Shown in pieces: positions 1-11,444 of a stretch of DNA of 64,000 nucleotides. Below the pieces are notes generated by a model that saw nothing but the letters and a program-made list of their open reading frames with translations, was not told where the DNA came from and searched no databases. The translations under genes were made by a program, and so were the position numbers. The DNA is from Microthyrium microscopicum (Eukaryota). The stretch's first letter is position 1, and every line of letters begins with the position of its first letter. The stretch covers positions 1,104,153 to 1,168,152 of the forward strand of contig MU004231.1 in the NCBI GenBank assembly GCA_010405405.1, written 5' to 3'.

Positions 1-275
1 GTGGCGAAGCCAGGCTTGACAGTTCGCGGTCTTGGCATTCAAAAGGGGCCGAAACTGGGACCACCTCCACGATATAAAAAAATCCGTGTTCTTTCAATAA
101 TGCGGTCAAATCAAATCAAAGCCTTGAAATGCATAGAACAACACATAAGCTAGCCAGATTGCAATAATGCATAAGGAAACTACTAGAGGAAGTAAACCAA
201 CCGAATGAGTAAACATAGAGATGTGAACGAGATGTGAACGAGTCGACGGAGCTTCGCGAGTTGAAGCTGAGTCGG

Positions 276-550
276 GCTCTCCACGGAGCTCCTCTCTCCT
301 CGAAGAGTCTCTCCACAGAGATATTCTCTCCTTGAAGATCATCTCTCCTCGGCTGTTCTCTCCATGGAGAGAGTCTCTCCTTGGAGAATCTCTCCGCAGA
401 GCTCTTCTCTCCACGGAGAGGTCTCTCCACGGAGAGGATCTCTCCACGAAGACATTCCCTCCTCGGAGACGTCTGTCCACGGAGAGAGTCTCTCCACGAA
501 GAATCTCTCTCCATGAAGAATCTCTCCACGGACCTCATCCCTCCATGGCG
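276..550. repeat. Degenerate minisatellite, ~17 copies of TCTCTCC(A/T)(C/T)G(G/A)AG, period 15-18 bp
   Basis: Counted directly in the sequence. The unit is partly self-complementary (CTCTCC...GGAGAG). Confidence 0.85.
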
Positions 551-972
551 ATCTATCATGTCATCATTCTCACGAGTACGCTTGATATCCGCTTATAAAC
601 AATCTTTTGCCTTGCACATCTCCAGTCCAATCCGAGTCTCATTTATCTGCTGTTCAGCAAAATTATGACACCGCGCGATCGCGAGCTTGCTAAGTATGGT
701 GAACCACAGAATCCCTGAATTGGATCAGGTCAAGTCATGCAGCTATTCGGAGTTCTGTAACCTTGAGGCTGCGGAATTAGCTAGCACTATCTATTTAGCC
801 AGTTGGGGTTCTAATTGTGTCTCTTTTCCAATTGCTTCTTGGGTTTCTGCTTATAACATGCTAAAGCACCGGAGATGGGATTGCGCACTGAAATGCTAGT
901 ATTGATCTCATTGAAAATATTTCGATACACGTGTAACACCTGAAACTCCCACCCTAGCAATTTATCTATAGA

Positions 973-1566
973 TTATCCCATATTCCTGCAAGTGACGGCT
1001 CCCAAAATCCTCCACATGAAGTTCACAATTCCCCATTCGCTGACCTTTCTCGCGCACAGTCTCTCGGCTTCCTGTCTGACTGCCTTGTCGAATTCGTCTG
1101 GCGACTCAATCAGAGTTATGCCGAAGCGTTCGCAAACTATCTGGACGTTGCCCTTCCGAAGAAACCCATCCGGACAGCAAACGATCAATTTTCGGTCTTT
1201 CGCATGATGACCTAATTCCAGGAGAGTAATCGGGGATAGCTTTTCGGGGTGTGGGTCGAAGTACATAGCAATGATATCACATTGCTCAAGATGGTCCATT
1301 TCCCAGTCGACTTGTTCTTTGAATTTGGGGTTTGAGATATCTTGCTTCAGGTTGGGATCGAATTTGTTGCCTTCTTGGTCACAGCGTGGATTGTACACCA
1401 CTATAGGCAAGTCTGAGAGCATCTCTGCCATCTTTCTCTGCCAGGGAGGGGCCGTCCCCATATTTATGCTCCCAGCGAGGAAGATGGAACGAAGAGGCTT
1501 CTTGGCGAGCCTGGTTGGTGGTTGAACATGCTTGTTGAAAGGCTGTTGTTGGATCTTGGCCGGCAT
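973..1566 (-). CDS. Nucleoside 2-deoxyribosyltransferase-like protein (Nuc_deoxyri_tr2-type)
   Basis: Motifs SIFLAGSI, VYNPR, QVDWE, D-I-x-x-YF, SPITLLELG and RKGNVQIVC. First ATG is at 1566 (MPAKIQ). Confidence 0.8.
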   Translation of the reverse strand: MPAKIQQQPFNKHVQPPTRLAKKPLRSIFLAGSINMGTAPPWQRKMAEMLSDLPIVVYNPRCDQEGNKFDPNLKQDISNPKFKEQVDWEMDHLEQCDIIAMYFDPHPEKLSPITLLELGHHAKDRKLIVCCPDGFLRKGNVQIVCERFGITLIESPDEFDKAVRQEAERLCARKVSEWGIVNFMWRILGAVTCRNMG

Positions 1567-3359
1567 CCTTGGGGTGTGCAAGTGGATATTTGTAGATGTG
1601 ATTTTTGACGGTTTGAGCTTCGTAGAGATTTTGGTTCTGAGTAATTATGAAGCTCTTAGATTTCGTCCAGTCCTTGCTCTTCTTATACTGACTCTGGCCT
1701 TCTGAAATCCTCGTCGTCGTGTGGCTTGCCCACAGGGGTCCATTTCTGGGACCCCCTCTGGTGATGACTCTCTGGTTCCTAAAAGGAGGCTGAGCAACAC
1801 GGTAGCCAAATTAAACATCAGTAATCTTTCATTCATTGGCCTCATGTTCCATAGATGCAGCTACTGACTGAGCAGAGCCGATCCAGGACCAAAGCATAAC
1901 CGATGGAGGAGACGCAGTTGTTGCCAGTCCAGGCTGTTCAGCAATCCACGGTATACGGCATCAGATTGTAGAACAAGTTTACAGCCTCAGACTCTGTGGT
2001 GGCATAGCAGTCGCCGAGGAAGACAATTCGTTGATGATAGGAAACAACATCAAGCCGGTGACCACATTCGCCCTCCGCCACTCGAATACCTCCAAGCTCA
2101 TGATCAAGGGCACAGCAATTGACCTCTCGGTCTCGTATATGCTGAGGGTGCACATGCCGCGCCCGCTGCATTTCTGCGCGCTTCATCGTCAAGACTCAGA
2201 CGGAGGCTATTGATGTTGCCTGGCTGGTCCCGAATGCTAATAGCGACTTTACTTTGAACGACCGTTTTTCCAAAAGTGAGATTTTGTTGAGAAAGCGTTC
2301 CAAGGCAGATACGAGAGCTCCATATTGTTGGCAAGTGGCATCATTCTCTGTTGCTGTGCTAGCATCGTGGTTCAAATTGTGGTCGTTTGATTGCTTGCAG
2401 ACTTGGATTTGGGGATACAAAGGAGAGCTTTGCCAAGAATGCCAGGCCCAAGCGTCCTTCCGTCTTCTTTGCACTCCATCATCCTTCCAAAAACGTCAAC
2501 TGAAATTGAGTACGGAGTTTCAACGAACCACTTATCTAACAAAGGAAGCTCTTATGTGCAATCGTTTTGATTCACTCGTGGATGGTACTCCCTTCTGACA
2601 CAAAGTAAGTTTATGCCGCTGGCAGAGGTATCAACTCGGGTCTACGCAGTTCTATCGTAAATGTGCTCGCCTTTACTCCAGCCCTCACCTTGGACTTTGA
2701 GGAGAACGATGTGATTGAACTTGTGGCGTACGTCCTCTCCTCGAGGAGCCTGCCCTGCCACATATGACTACACTTACCTTATGGCACCACTATTTCCGAA
2801 GCTTAACGCATCTCCATTGGGTCAAAACTAAGGATAACGCTTCAGCATACGATTACCTTTCGACGAAATATCAGATCGAGAGACGGAGAGCGTTGATAGT
2901 GTCTTCTACGCATCTTCTTTCGTGGTGGGGCCATATCCGGCACCCTCCACGTCAGTCCTTGCTGTGAGGGACCATGCGGATTACGAATTGTTCAGCCTCT
3001 TTCATGCAAACTGTGCATTGCCTGCACATCTACGAGTTCTGGTCCACCGTGAGATGCTGCGCCCGTATCAGCCGCAGGCATCATCGTCATGCCATGATCA
3101 GTGGTTGAAACGAAGCAGGCCGTGATGCCCAGTCATCCTCTGTGACCGCTATCGTTGATTGCAGATCAGGAACGCGAGTTGGTGGCAGTGTCTTCTTCCT
3201 GGTCCGGCATGAATGAGAATACGCCTCCCCCTGAGACACGACGCCAGTCTGATCAGATATAAGATGCGGCGTGTCCTAGTCGCTCCTGGTATTGAGTTAC
3301 ACTTTTCGGTTCGTCCTCAACAGCCTACGGTGCATACTGATTCTCCTCTGGTCTTGAAA

Positions 3360-5026
3360 ATGCCAAAACAACGAAACTCCACAGTTAGACACTCTGGGCC
3401 TTCACTCAGCCCATACCGAAGACCCAGCATACAAGCTCGCACTACAGACGATGCTGAGTTTTCAGAACAGCTCACTGCATTGCAGCAACTGGCAAGTAAA
3501 TTGGCTGCCAAGCGAAGGATCGTCATCATCAGCGGAGCTGGCACATCCACGAATGCAGGCAGTAAGTCACAGGAAGTCGATGGTTCGTGCTCTAACCAGA
3601 TTCCGTGACAGTTCCTTGCTTTAAGAGTCTCTCGAGGACTAAGATGGCCAGCCGAAACGTATTCGATCTTTCAGCGTATTCTTCGCTGGAATCTGCCAAC
3701 TTATTACACGAGAGTGAGCTGCAGATACTCGAATCAGCGTCCAGGAATGAGCCTCAGCCTTTTGAGCTTTTCATGGAACAGTTGGCTCAATCAGGCCGCC
3801 TTCACCGACATTATACTCAGAACATTGATTGCCGCACGAGCAAGCTCCCCGCACTGAGTCAAAGAACGATTAATCTCCATGGTCGACTGGATAGATTAAG
3901 GTGTCACGTATATTCTCAGCACACAGTTTCAGTTCAGCAGCAGTCACTGCGGGAGTTGCTGGGTGCCCGATGCCCGGTATGCGACGAGAAGAATGAAGAA
4001 CGGTCCCGAGAAGGGAAGAGACTTCACAGCGTGGGATTTCTTCGACCCGACGTGTTACTATACAATGAGAGTGACGGAGCCGATCCTCAGATCATGAAGG
4101 CGTTTGAAGAGGATCTACGTGGAAATATCGATGCGGTCATCATTGTTGGAACGACGCTCCACATTCCTCTTTTGGAAGACTTCACAACCAAAGTCTGCCG
4201 AAGAATGAAACCTTCCACGGGAAAGACGCATTTACCTAGGACTGAAGGAATGGTTTTATGGATCAGCACCGAGAAACCAAAGGTAAGAGCAAAACTAAGA
4301 GATCTCATCGACTCAAAGTTCCTCCAAGACTGCGACGAATTCGCAGTTCAAATCTCTCCATGGCTTGACAACCTAAAAGGTAAGATGTCCCTCAGCAAAA
4401 AATAATCATTACTAAGTATGCACAGATATCTCATCTAGTGTCATGGCTTCGACAGAACCCGATGTTGGGATTGAAAGAGAACTTCAGTCCCCACGGAGCA
4501 GCACATTTGATCCTCCTAAACCTATCAGATCTATCGTCGATCTTACGGTTGACCAAGAACACTGCTGCCTATGTCCAAATGTCTTGGGCGAAGGAGGAGA
4601 CCTTGAAAGCAGAGCCTTTGTCTTCAATGACTGCGGATGTGTAAGCGAACGACGAAATCAACTTTGGCTGTGCTGATCAATAACTAGGTCCTTTGCGGCG
4701 AATGTGTTGGAAATGACAGCTCCATCGAGCTCACATGCCCAAAATGTGACCATTTTGGCAGCCTTTATTCCCACCCGCAAATCGTCCGTCAAGACTTTGG
4801 GCTCATGTGCCCTATTTGTTTCGAATCAGCAGGAACGGATACGGCGATTGAGCGCGTTTGCACGCCTTGCGGTAAGTGAGTATTCAAAAGCTTAGGAAGA
4901 ACCCGGCTTAATCAAAAAAAGGCCATGCATTCTGTCGTGCATGCATCACGGCGTATCTGGAAAACGGACAAAATGACACGTCTTCGAAATGTCCGACCTG
5001 CAAGGCTAAAATTCCCCGCGATGTAG
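3360..5026 (+). CDS. Sirtuin (Hst3/Hst4-like) fused to a SIM-like motif and two RING fingers; 5 exons
   Basis: Sir2 motifs GAGTSTNAGIPCF, YTQNID, LHG, LRPDVLLYNE, IVGTTL. GT-AG introns 3562-3611, 4380-4425, 4641-4688 and 4872-4921 join in frame to CCLC..CGCVLCGEC..CPKC and CPIC..CGHAFCRAC..CPTC. Stop TAG at 5024-5026. Confidence 0.75.
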
Positions 5027-5484
5027 GTCATTTTGGATGTCTGCAAACTGTCCAGCGAGGGCTTGACATTGTCGAGAATTGAATGTTGTGGGTAGATGCA
5101 CTGTAATGGCGTTCGAGGCGGCGGTTTGTACACCTTCATAACCCTGCCTCAGAGGGATATCCATAGCCTTCTTCTACAGTACAGTACTGTACCGGACTGT
5201 ATGAATCATACGCTTAGATTTCCTGCGAGAAAACACTAGCATTGCGCGAATGCTCGAAATCAGGCACCCCAGGCTGATTACGGGCCCATTCGTGCTACAA
5301 TGAAGTTGATCGTCGACATTCAGCATGGGGCCCGAGACTGGACCCCGGGTTCAAAACTGGGACACTTGGTGTCAGTATACACGGCACAGCAACGCTATAA
5401 ATCTGTAAATTCCGCTTCAAAAGACTGCACAAACTCACTACTGTATCAGAAGCAAAGCAGAAGTTCAAGTTATCTTATACCATA

Positions 5485-6152
5485 ATGGCAGGAACGAAAC
5501 GCTCCCGTGCTGATTCGGAAACGGAGGAGGAGAAGTCAAACGCCAAGCGCCATAATGGCGAAGCTCCTGAGCACGAGGCAGAAAAGGAGAAACCTAAGGA
5601 ACAACCATCTCAGGACCACAGCAAGCAAGCCAAAAAAGCGGAAGACGGCTCGGAGTCGAAGCAAAAGCGCGCGCGGGAGCCAGAGAGCACTGACGAACCG
5701 GAGGCCAAACGCAGAGCCCCTTCCAGCCAGGGCGAAACTGCATATGATCATGCTCACAGAGTCAAACTTCGCACCCAAGTGAGGGCTTGTAAAACTCTCG
5801 CTGACTGTGGAGGTATCCTCAACAAGATTCCTGCCAGTAATATTATTGCTCTTGCCTTTGCTTTAAACGACGCGAAAGAGAACCATCGCCGCGAGTTGTT
5901 CGGCATTCTTCCCAAAAGTCTTTCTTCTCAGATTGTTGACATTCTGGCGAATGCCATCATAGACAGAAAGCGGTACGATCCAGAGTCACTTTATCCTATT
6001 AACTTATCGCTTTGAACAGGATCTTGCAAGCAATACCATTTTCAGGATATGATTCTAGAAAGCTGCAGAAAGTACTCATTCACAAAGGATGCCTGGCGAA
6101 ACAGCTGGATGGCGATGAGTCGCCATTTTTCGCAATGTGCCCATGTTTCTGA
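5485..6152 (+). CDS. Hypothetical protein with charged, NLS-like N-terminus; 2 exons
   Basis: ORF 5485-6015 with a TATA at ~5396. Probable intron 5972-6019 extends the frame to TGA at 6150-6152. Confidence 0.55.
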
Positions 6153-6747
6153 ATGGCAAGCAAGCTAGTTGCGGCGTTCGTTTTGATATCGATTGATTCC
6201 TAAATAGCTCAGTTTAAGTTAGTCAATGAAAAATCTTCTGCCACAATCCCCTCATGAATATCAGGACGTCAATACCTTAAATGAAGTTCAGATATTCTGC
6301 ATATAACATCCCAAATTGCGAGAACTGGCTTCAGGCCTCTTGCATTACCCCGTAACGTCACCTTTTGTCTCCCCGTGATTGATCACTTGAGCATGCACAT
6401 TACCCTGCGTAAGGCGGTGGTGATGATTTACCCATTGACATCGAGATTTACCAAAGAATCATCAACTGAGAGTCGTGCCTGATTTTGGTCCCTTTCAGTT
6501 TCACTCTCTTCGTATGGATGAGCGCCTCCACAAGCCCAGTTCTGGTCCCCCTTCGAGGTCCGAAACTGGACCCCGTCGAACGGCGACAACTTGCTCTGAT
6601 AGCGACCACTTTCAGTCTCGATGTGTTTCTCATGATTTAGAGTTCAGTCTTGGGCCCCCCTCAAGCTCCTTATAAATCCACTCGCTAGGACAGCTTGAAT
6701 CTATCTCGCATCAAATCTCTCACATCTAAGCAATATTATTAGTGAAC

Positions 6748-7887
6748 ATGGATAGCAACATGGAAGGAACTGGGGGTCAACAGAACCCTCCTCCAGCTAA
6801 TGGTCAACAGGACCCTCCTCCAGCTAATGGCCAACAGAACCCTCCTCCTGCTAATGGTCAGGATCCTCCTCCATCGAAGGGCCAACAAGAACCCCCTGAG
6901 GCCGGCGGCCAGGGGAGTCCAGATGAGCCAGTTCCAAGCACGGAAGGTGGAGAACAAGGTGGAAACTTTTTTCCAGGCCTCAATGGTTCCACAAAGTCTG
7001 GCTCCGGTTCAGGCCCATCTAAATCCACGCCGAAAGACAACGACCCAGATAGCGAAGAATACGGACCACCGATAGTCTTTATACCTGTGCCGAAAACGAC
7101 CGAAGGCGATGGCACAGTTGGATGGACCAGTCTCTGGGGGAAACTGTATCTCAATCGGTACGGAAAGAAAAGCCATGCAACATACCGAGTTGAGAAAGAC
7201 TGCGTTGATGGCTACGACAAGCCAGACGAGGAGAATATTAACAGCCTCCTGAACCGGCGCGGACATCTGAAAGTAAATGAAAACAGCACAGAGCGTAAAT
7301 ACACGAGAAGACACATCAATCGCATTCTCGCTGTTGCATGGCAAGGAAAGATTGCTACCACCGCTGACGAGGAATTTGATCGCTCAGAAGACCTAGATCT
7401 GATCAATCCGGCTATCAAACCAGATAAGACCAAGTATCCTCGCACCTATGTTTACGTCCGTTGGCTAATTGACGGAGAATTCGTTAAGACATGGGAGCCA
7501 AGGACCGAGCTTCAGGTTCGATACGGAGCGAAACTCGCGAACGATATCATCTTTACCGCTGCCAAGGAACAAGAAGAGAGATACAGCGATGCAAAGACTG
7601 GTAAGCGCAGGGCATCAAGCAGATCTCCTTCTGTCGGATTGGCAGACGGCGCGGTTCGCGAAGAACGCGAGAAGTCATTGGAGGCAGAGCGCAAGCGCGG
7701 CACCAGGGAAACGACTCCTAGAACAGCAGCCAAGGTTAGCGATCTGGTTATGAAGCTTATGGACGAGTTCAAGGAAATGCATCTTGCCTTGAAGGGCGTA
7801 GAGATGTACGAAGAACTTGATACTGAAGAGAAGGCCGAATTCTTTGACGAATGGAAGGAGTACAAGGCTGCCAGGATCAAGGCGTAA
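6748..7887 (+). CDS. Hypothetical protein with N-terminal GQQ(N/D)PPPAN repeats and a chromo-like C-terminal domain; paralog of 35789
   Basis: Long ORF with a TATA at 6671. Contains INRILAVAW...YVYVRW...TWEP and shares LDLINP and other blocks with the 35789 ORF. Confidence 0.7.
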   Translation: MDSNMEGTGGQQNPPPANGQQDPPPANGQQNPPPANGQDPPPSKGQQEPPEAGGQGSPDEPVPSTEGGEQGGNFFPGLNGSTKSGSGSGPSKSTPKDNDPDSEEYGPPIVFIPVPKTTEGDGTVGWTSLWGKLYLNRYGKKSHATYRVEKDCVDGYDKPDEENINSLLNRRGHLKVNENSTERKYTRRHINRILAVAWQGKIATTADEEFDRSEDLDLINPAIKPDKTKYPRTYVYVRWLIDGEFVKTWEPRTELQVRYGAKLANDIIFTAAKEQEERYSDAKTGKRRASSRSPSVGLADGAVREEREKSLEAERKRGTRETTPRTAAKVSDLVMKLMDEFKEMHLALKGVEMYEELDTEEKAEFFDEWKEYKAARIKA

Positions 7888-7974
7888 TCCAGCACGGGAT
7901 CAGCAGTTTCTCTATGGTTGTAACGATAACAATTTTTCCACTTCTTCATCCTTTGCTTTCATCATTTATTCAGG

Positions 7975-8431
7975 TAACATGGGTGCCGGCGTGGCGAGCC
8001 GCTGTTAGAGAATAGGATAAAAGGGATAATTCTTCTATCTAGAGTTCTAAGACTACCTTATATAATGCTTATGTACATGGGTAGTGTTAGAGACTGTTGG
8101 AACCACTCAGGTTTCCGTATATATACGGGATTTGGTCATAAAGAGTTCGTAGCTAATGATAGACTGGTATTCTGGTTTTCTGGTTGATGATGCTTTATTC
8201 TTGTCTAAGTACAGATGGTAGATTCCTGAGGACTAGCCTGCCAAGGATATCACGTGATATAACTAGAGATCCAGACAGAGACTGATACTATCACCAACAT
8301 TGATTGTATCAGTCCGAGATATCACAGCCACGTGATTGTGTCAGTCTAAGACATCAGTCACGTGACTATACATGGACAGAGGTGTGGGTGTCCCCATTTA
8401 ACAGCGGCTCGCCACGCCGGCACCCATGTTA
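7975..8431. mobile_element. MITE-like element: perfect 33-bp terminal inverted repeats (including flanking TA) around an LTR-like interior
   Basis: 7975-8007 taacatgggtgccggcgtggcgagccgctgtta is the exact reverse complement of 8399-8431. Confidence 0.75.
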
Positions 8432-8838
8432 GACCGGCTATTGTTTGTGTATTGCGCAATCTCAGATTCGGCAAAGAGTGCTGCTTTTAGATACAATAAA
8501 TTAACTTGAAACGATATCTTGAGTTGAGATGTGATCCAAGAAAACAATAGTGGCTCGCTTCTGAGAAGGTGGTGGTGTTGGCAGTAGCTACGCCACGCGG
8601 GTGCTCGTATGTGACGTCAGGTTACCTGACCAGCATGTGCGGAATTTCTCCGATGTGTCCAATCTTTCGCAAATCGCCACGCTCGAATCGCTGACATCAA
8701 AGCTTGTGACGCTGGTCACGATCAAATGAGTATATATTCCAGTAGCGACTAGTAACTTATGACTAGACATCAGCTACTTTCTATCCGATGGACTAGCATA
8801 ATACACAGTCAGCTACGAGCGTTGGGAGTCTCGCCCAG

Positions 8839-9135
8839 ATGCTTTCCGACATTGATCTCGGAGAATACTACTATGTCCTCACAGCTAATGGCTTTGATAA
8901 ATGGGATCAAACAATTCACATCACCGAGGAACAGTTGGGACATCTTGGGTTTAAGTTGGGCCATCGACGCTGGCTTCAACGACAAATTGCATCACTCAAA
9001 GGCTACCCATCGTTGAAGCCACTTCCTGCTACAGCGGCAACCAATCTACCGCTTACCCTTCTACTCGAACTGGCGAATCAGAGCGAAGAGCCTAAGCCTA
9101 TGAACGCTGACGCTGTTCGTTATGAGACAAATTGA
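8839..9135 (+). CDS. Small SAM-domain protein, possibly truncated or a pseudogene
   Basis: DLGEYYYVLTANGFDKW..ITEEQLGHLGFKLGHRRWLQRQI is a SAM signature. The upstream ATG at 8788 runs into a TAG two codons later. Confidence 0.6.
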   Translation: MLSDIDLGEYYYVLTANGFDKWDQTIHITEEQLGHLGFKLGHRRWLQRQIASLKGYPSLKPLPATAATNLPLTLLLELANQSEEPKPMNADAVRYETN

Positions 9136-9332
9136 TGTTGGCATATGACTGGCCAGCTTGTTTAGCTGAACCATGGACTCTCAAAAGCCGGTTTGGGTAT
9201 TATCCACTCCATTAAATCCAATCTATTTCTTTACTTTCATGTAACTAATTCTCTCTTTTACGAAGGAAGTTTCGAAGGGTTGGTTTGGGCTGATTAATTG
9301 TTGGTAGAGACCTCTTTGGAGTAACATCTATC

Positions 9333-9498
9333 TGTTGGATGAGACGCCCGTACCTTACGTGATTGTAATGTCTGAGACTGACACAACTACTGTTGGTGAT
9401 AGTGTCACTCTCAGATATCCCTTGTACATCAGGTCTATATAAGAGACCTTCTAGATAGATAGACAGGAATCATTACTTCTTCCTTCCATTGTCTAACA
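9333..9498 (+). mobile_element. Solo LTR
   Basis: TGTTGG...CTAACA termini, 5-bp target-site duplication CTATC at 9328-9332 and 9499-9503, and an internal TATA (ctatataag). Confidence 0.75.
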
Positions 9499-10367
9499 CT
9501 ATCCCGGTGCGGCGGGCCGCCCGGTACAACGGACCACTTTATAGTTGAAAGTACTACCTGTCTCTAGTTCGCATATATATAAGGTTTCCCTTCATCAGAC
9601 CCTATTCTATAGCTGTTTCTCTAGAGTAAGAGATGGCGCAGCTTGAAAAGTTCTAGAACATCTCTATGGCCGACTCCGTCGTACATTTTTAAATTGTCCC
9701 CCCGAGTTTTCAGCCAAGGGATCACAAGTGCCTTTCACCTCGAACGCAGAATTATGTACTATTCAAATAGAATGGACTTATTGCACCTAAAAGGGTTAAG
9801 GTCTATCCACATATAACGAGCCAACTCATTCAACGGGCCGGATTCTAAATCCGGAGCAGCTTCTAACCTCCCTTCGAAAACATGTCGAGGGGTTATTGCT
9901 CGATAAATACTATACAAAATTTACTCTCTAACTTATAAGCCATTGATTTGAAACAAAGATCGATTGTATGGTGGCGTACCTGCTAATCGTTTTAATGGTG
10001 CCATTCATTTCATCTCATCGATACATAGTATATTAGAGTTACCGAGAGGAGCTGTTAATGTCGGTAGATATTGATTCTGATTCCAGCTTGCCTGCAGCAG
10101 GCTGAAGGTACCGGGTGGCGCGTACTAGTGACACGCCACTCCTTAGTAATTACCCTTATATCCTATGTACACATATACACTCTCTTGTACCTTTCCTTAG
10201 ACAGAACAGATAACACAATAGACACTAGAGGCTCCTTTTAAATAAGGCGAGCTTTGTGTCAACGTAGTTATCAAAAGTACACTTGGTAATTACTATTTAC
10301 TAATAGTTAAAGAGGATAGAAATCAGACTCAAAAAACTTGTAATACTAAGGGTATGTTAGTATAATA

Positions 10368-11160
10368 CTATCTTTTAATACCATTAATGTTGACTGTAGC
10401 CCTAATTCCTACCATGTCCTCCCTTATACCCTCCATGGCTACCTTGATTCCCGCCGTGTCCTCCCTCATACCCTCTATGGCTACCTTGATTCCCGCCGTG
10501 TCCTCCCTTATACCCTCCATAGCTACCTTGATTCCTATCGTGTCCTCCCTTATATCCTCCATGGCCACCTTAATTCCCGCCGTGTCCTCCCTCATACCCT
10601 CCATGGCTACCTTAATTCCCACCAAGTCCTCCCTTATACCCTCCATAGCTACCTTGATTCCTACCATGTCCTCCCTTATACCCTCTATGGCTACCTCGAT
10701 TCCCACCGTGTCCTTCCTCGTAACCGCCGTAGCCACCCTAATTCCCACCGTGTCCTCCCTTATACTCTCTATGGCCACCTTGATTCCCGCCGTGTCCTCC
10801 CTTGTAACTGCCGTAGCCACCCTGATTCTTACCGTATCCTTCCTTATACCCTCCATGGCTACCTTGATTCCCGCCGTGTCCTCCCTCGTAACCGCCGTAG
10901 CCACCTCGATTCCCACCGTGTCCTCCACCTTGCCCGCCTTCGTATCCGCCGTAACCACCTTGATTTAAGCCATACCCTCCTTGCGCCCCAGCATGCACGC
11001 TTTCATTATATTTCGGCTGGTTTGCAAAATCTTGAGGATGCTTCTGCCCGGTTGCAGCGTCGGTAATCTTGTGCAGGAGTCCAGATGATGATTGTTGCGA
11101 ACCTGTAGACTGCTTCTGCCCAGACATCTGGTCAGCGATTTTGCCAAGAAGGCTAGACAT
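10368..11160 (-). pseudogene. Gly/His/Tyr-rich repeat protein (GGYGGYEGGHGGNQ-type repeats), RIP-damaged
   Basis: ATG at 11160. Tandem 21/42-nt repeats continue past an in-frame TAG at 10738-10740 (expected CAG). Repeat variants are dominated by G>A/C>T changes. Confidence 0.7.
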
Positions 11161-11166
11161 CTTGAG

Positions 11167-11241
11167 GGAGTTATTAAGTGGGAGTTATTGAGTGGGAGTT
11201 ATTAAGTAGGAGTTATTGAGTGGCAGTTATCGAGTGGGAGT
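11167..11241. repeat. ~5 tandem copies of 14-bp GAGTTATT(A/G)AGTGG
   Basis: Directly visible immediately upstream of the 11160 ATG. Confidence 0.7.
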
Positions 11242-11444
11242 AATGGAATGACTGCGGACGACAATGTCAGTGATTGGAAATGGAGGTGTTTTATCCGTTA
11301 TTAGGAGCTGAGGCTGAGCAAGCTGCTGTGCTACAATCGAATCGTTAATATTTGCTTACGTTATATGAATACGTTGTCATTCTTCATCCCTTGTCTCAAC
11401 GCTTCTCGCAAATTAAACTTCTTAACTCTTGCTCATTATTAACT

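Noticed and set aside
276..550. CRISPR-like array
   Set aside because: There are no unique spacers, the units are short and degenerate, the context is eukaryotic and no cas genes are present.
106..668. Four overlapping ORFs across the CTCTCC repeat
   Set aside because: They are by-products of a stop-poor minisatellite open on both strands, and the unit lengths are not multiples of three.
1938..3125. Short ORFs that could be a fragmented gene
   Set aside because: I could not build a consistent spliced model or recognise a domain.
10103..10225. Possible solo LTR
   Set aside because: LTR-like composition, but no matching target-site duplication was found.
10387..10968. 193-aa plus-strand and 196-aa alternative-frame repeat ORFs
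   Set aside because: They are shadow frames of the Gly-rich repeat gene that starts at 11160.
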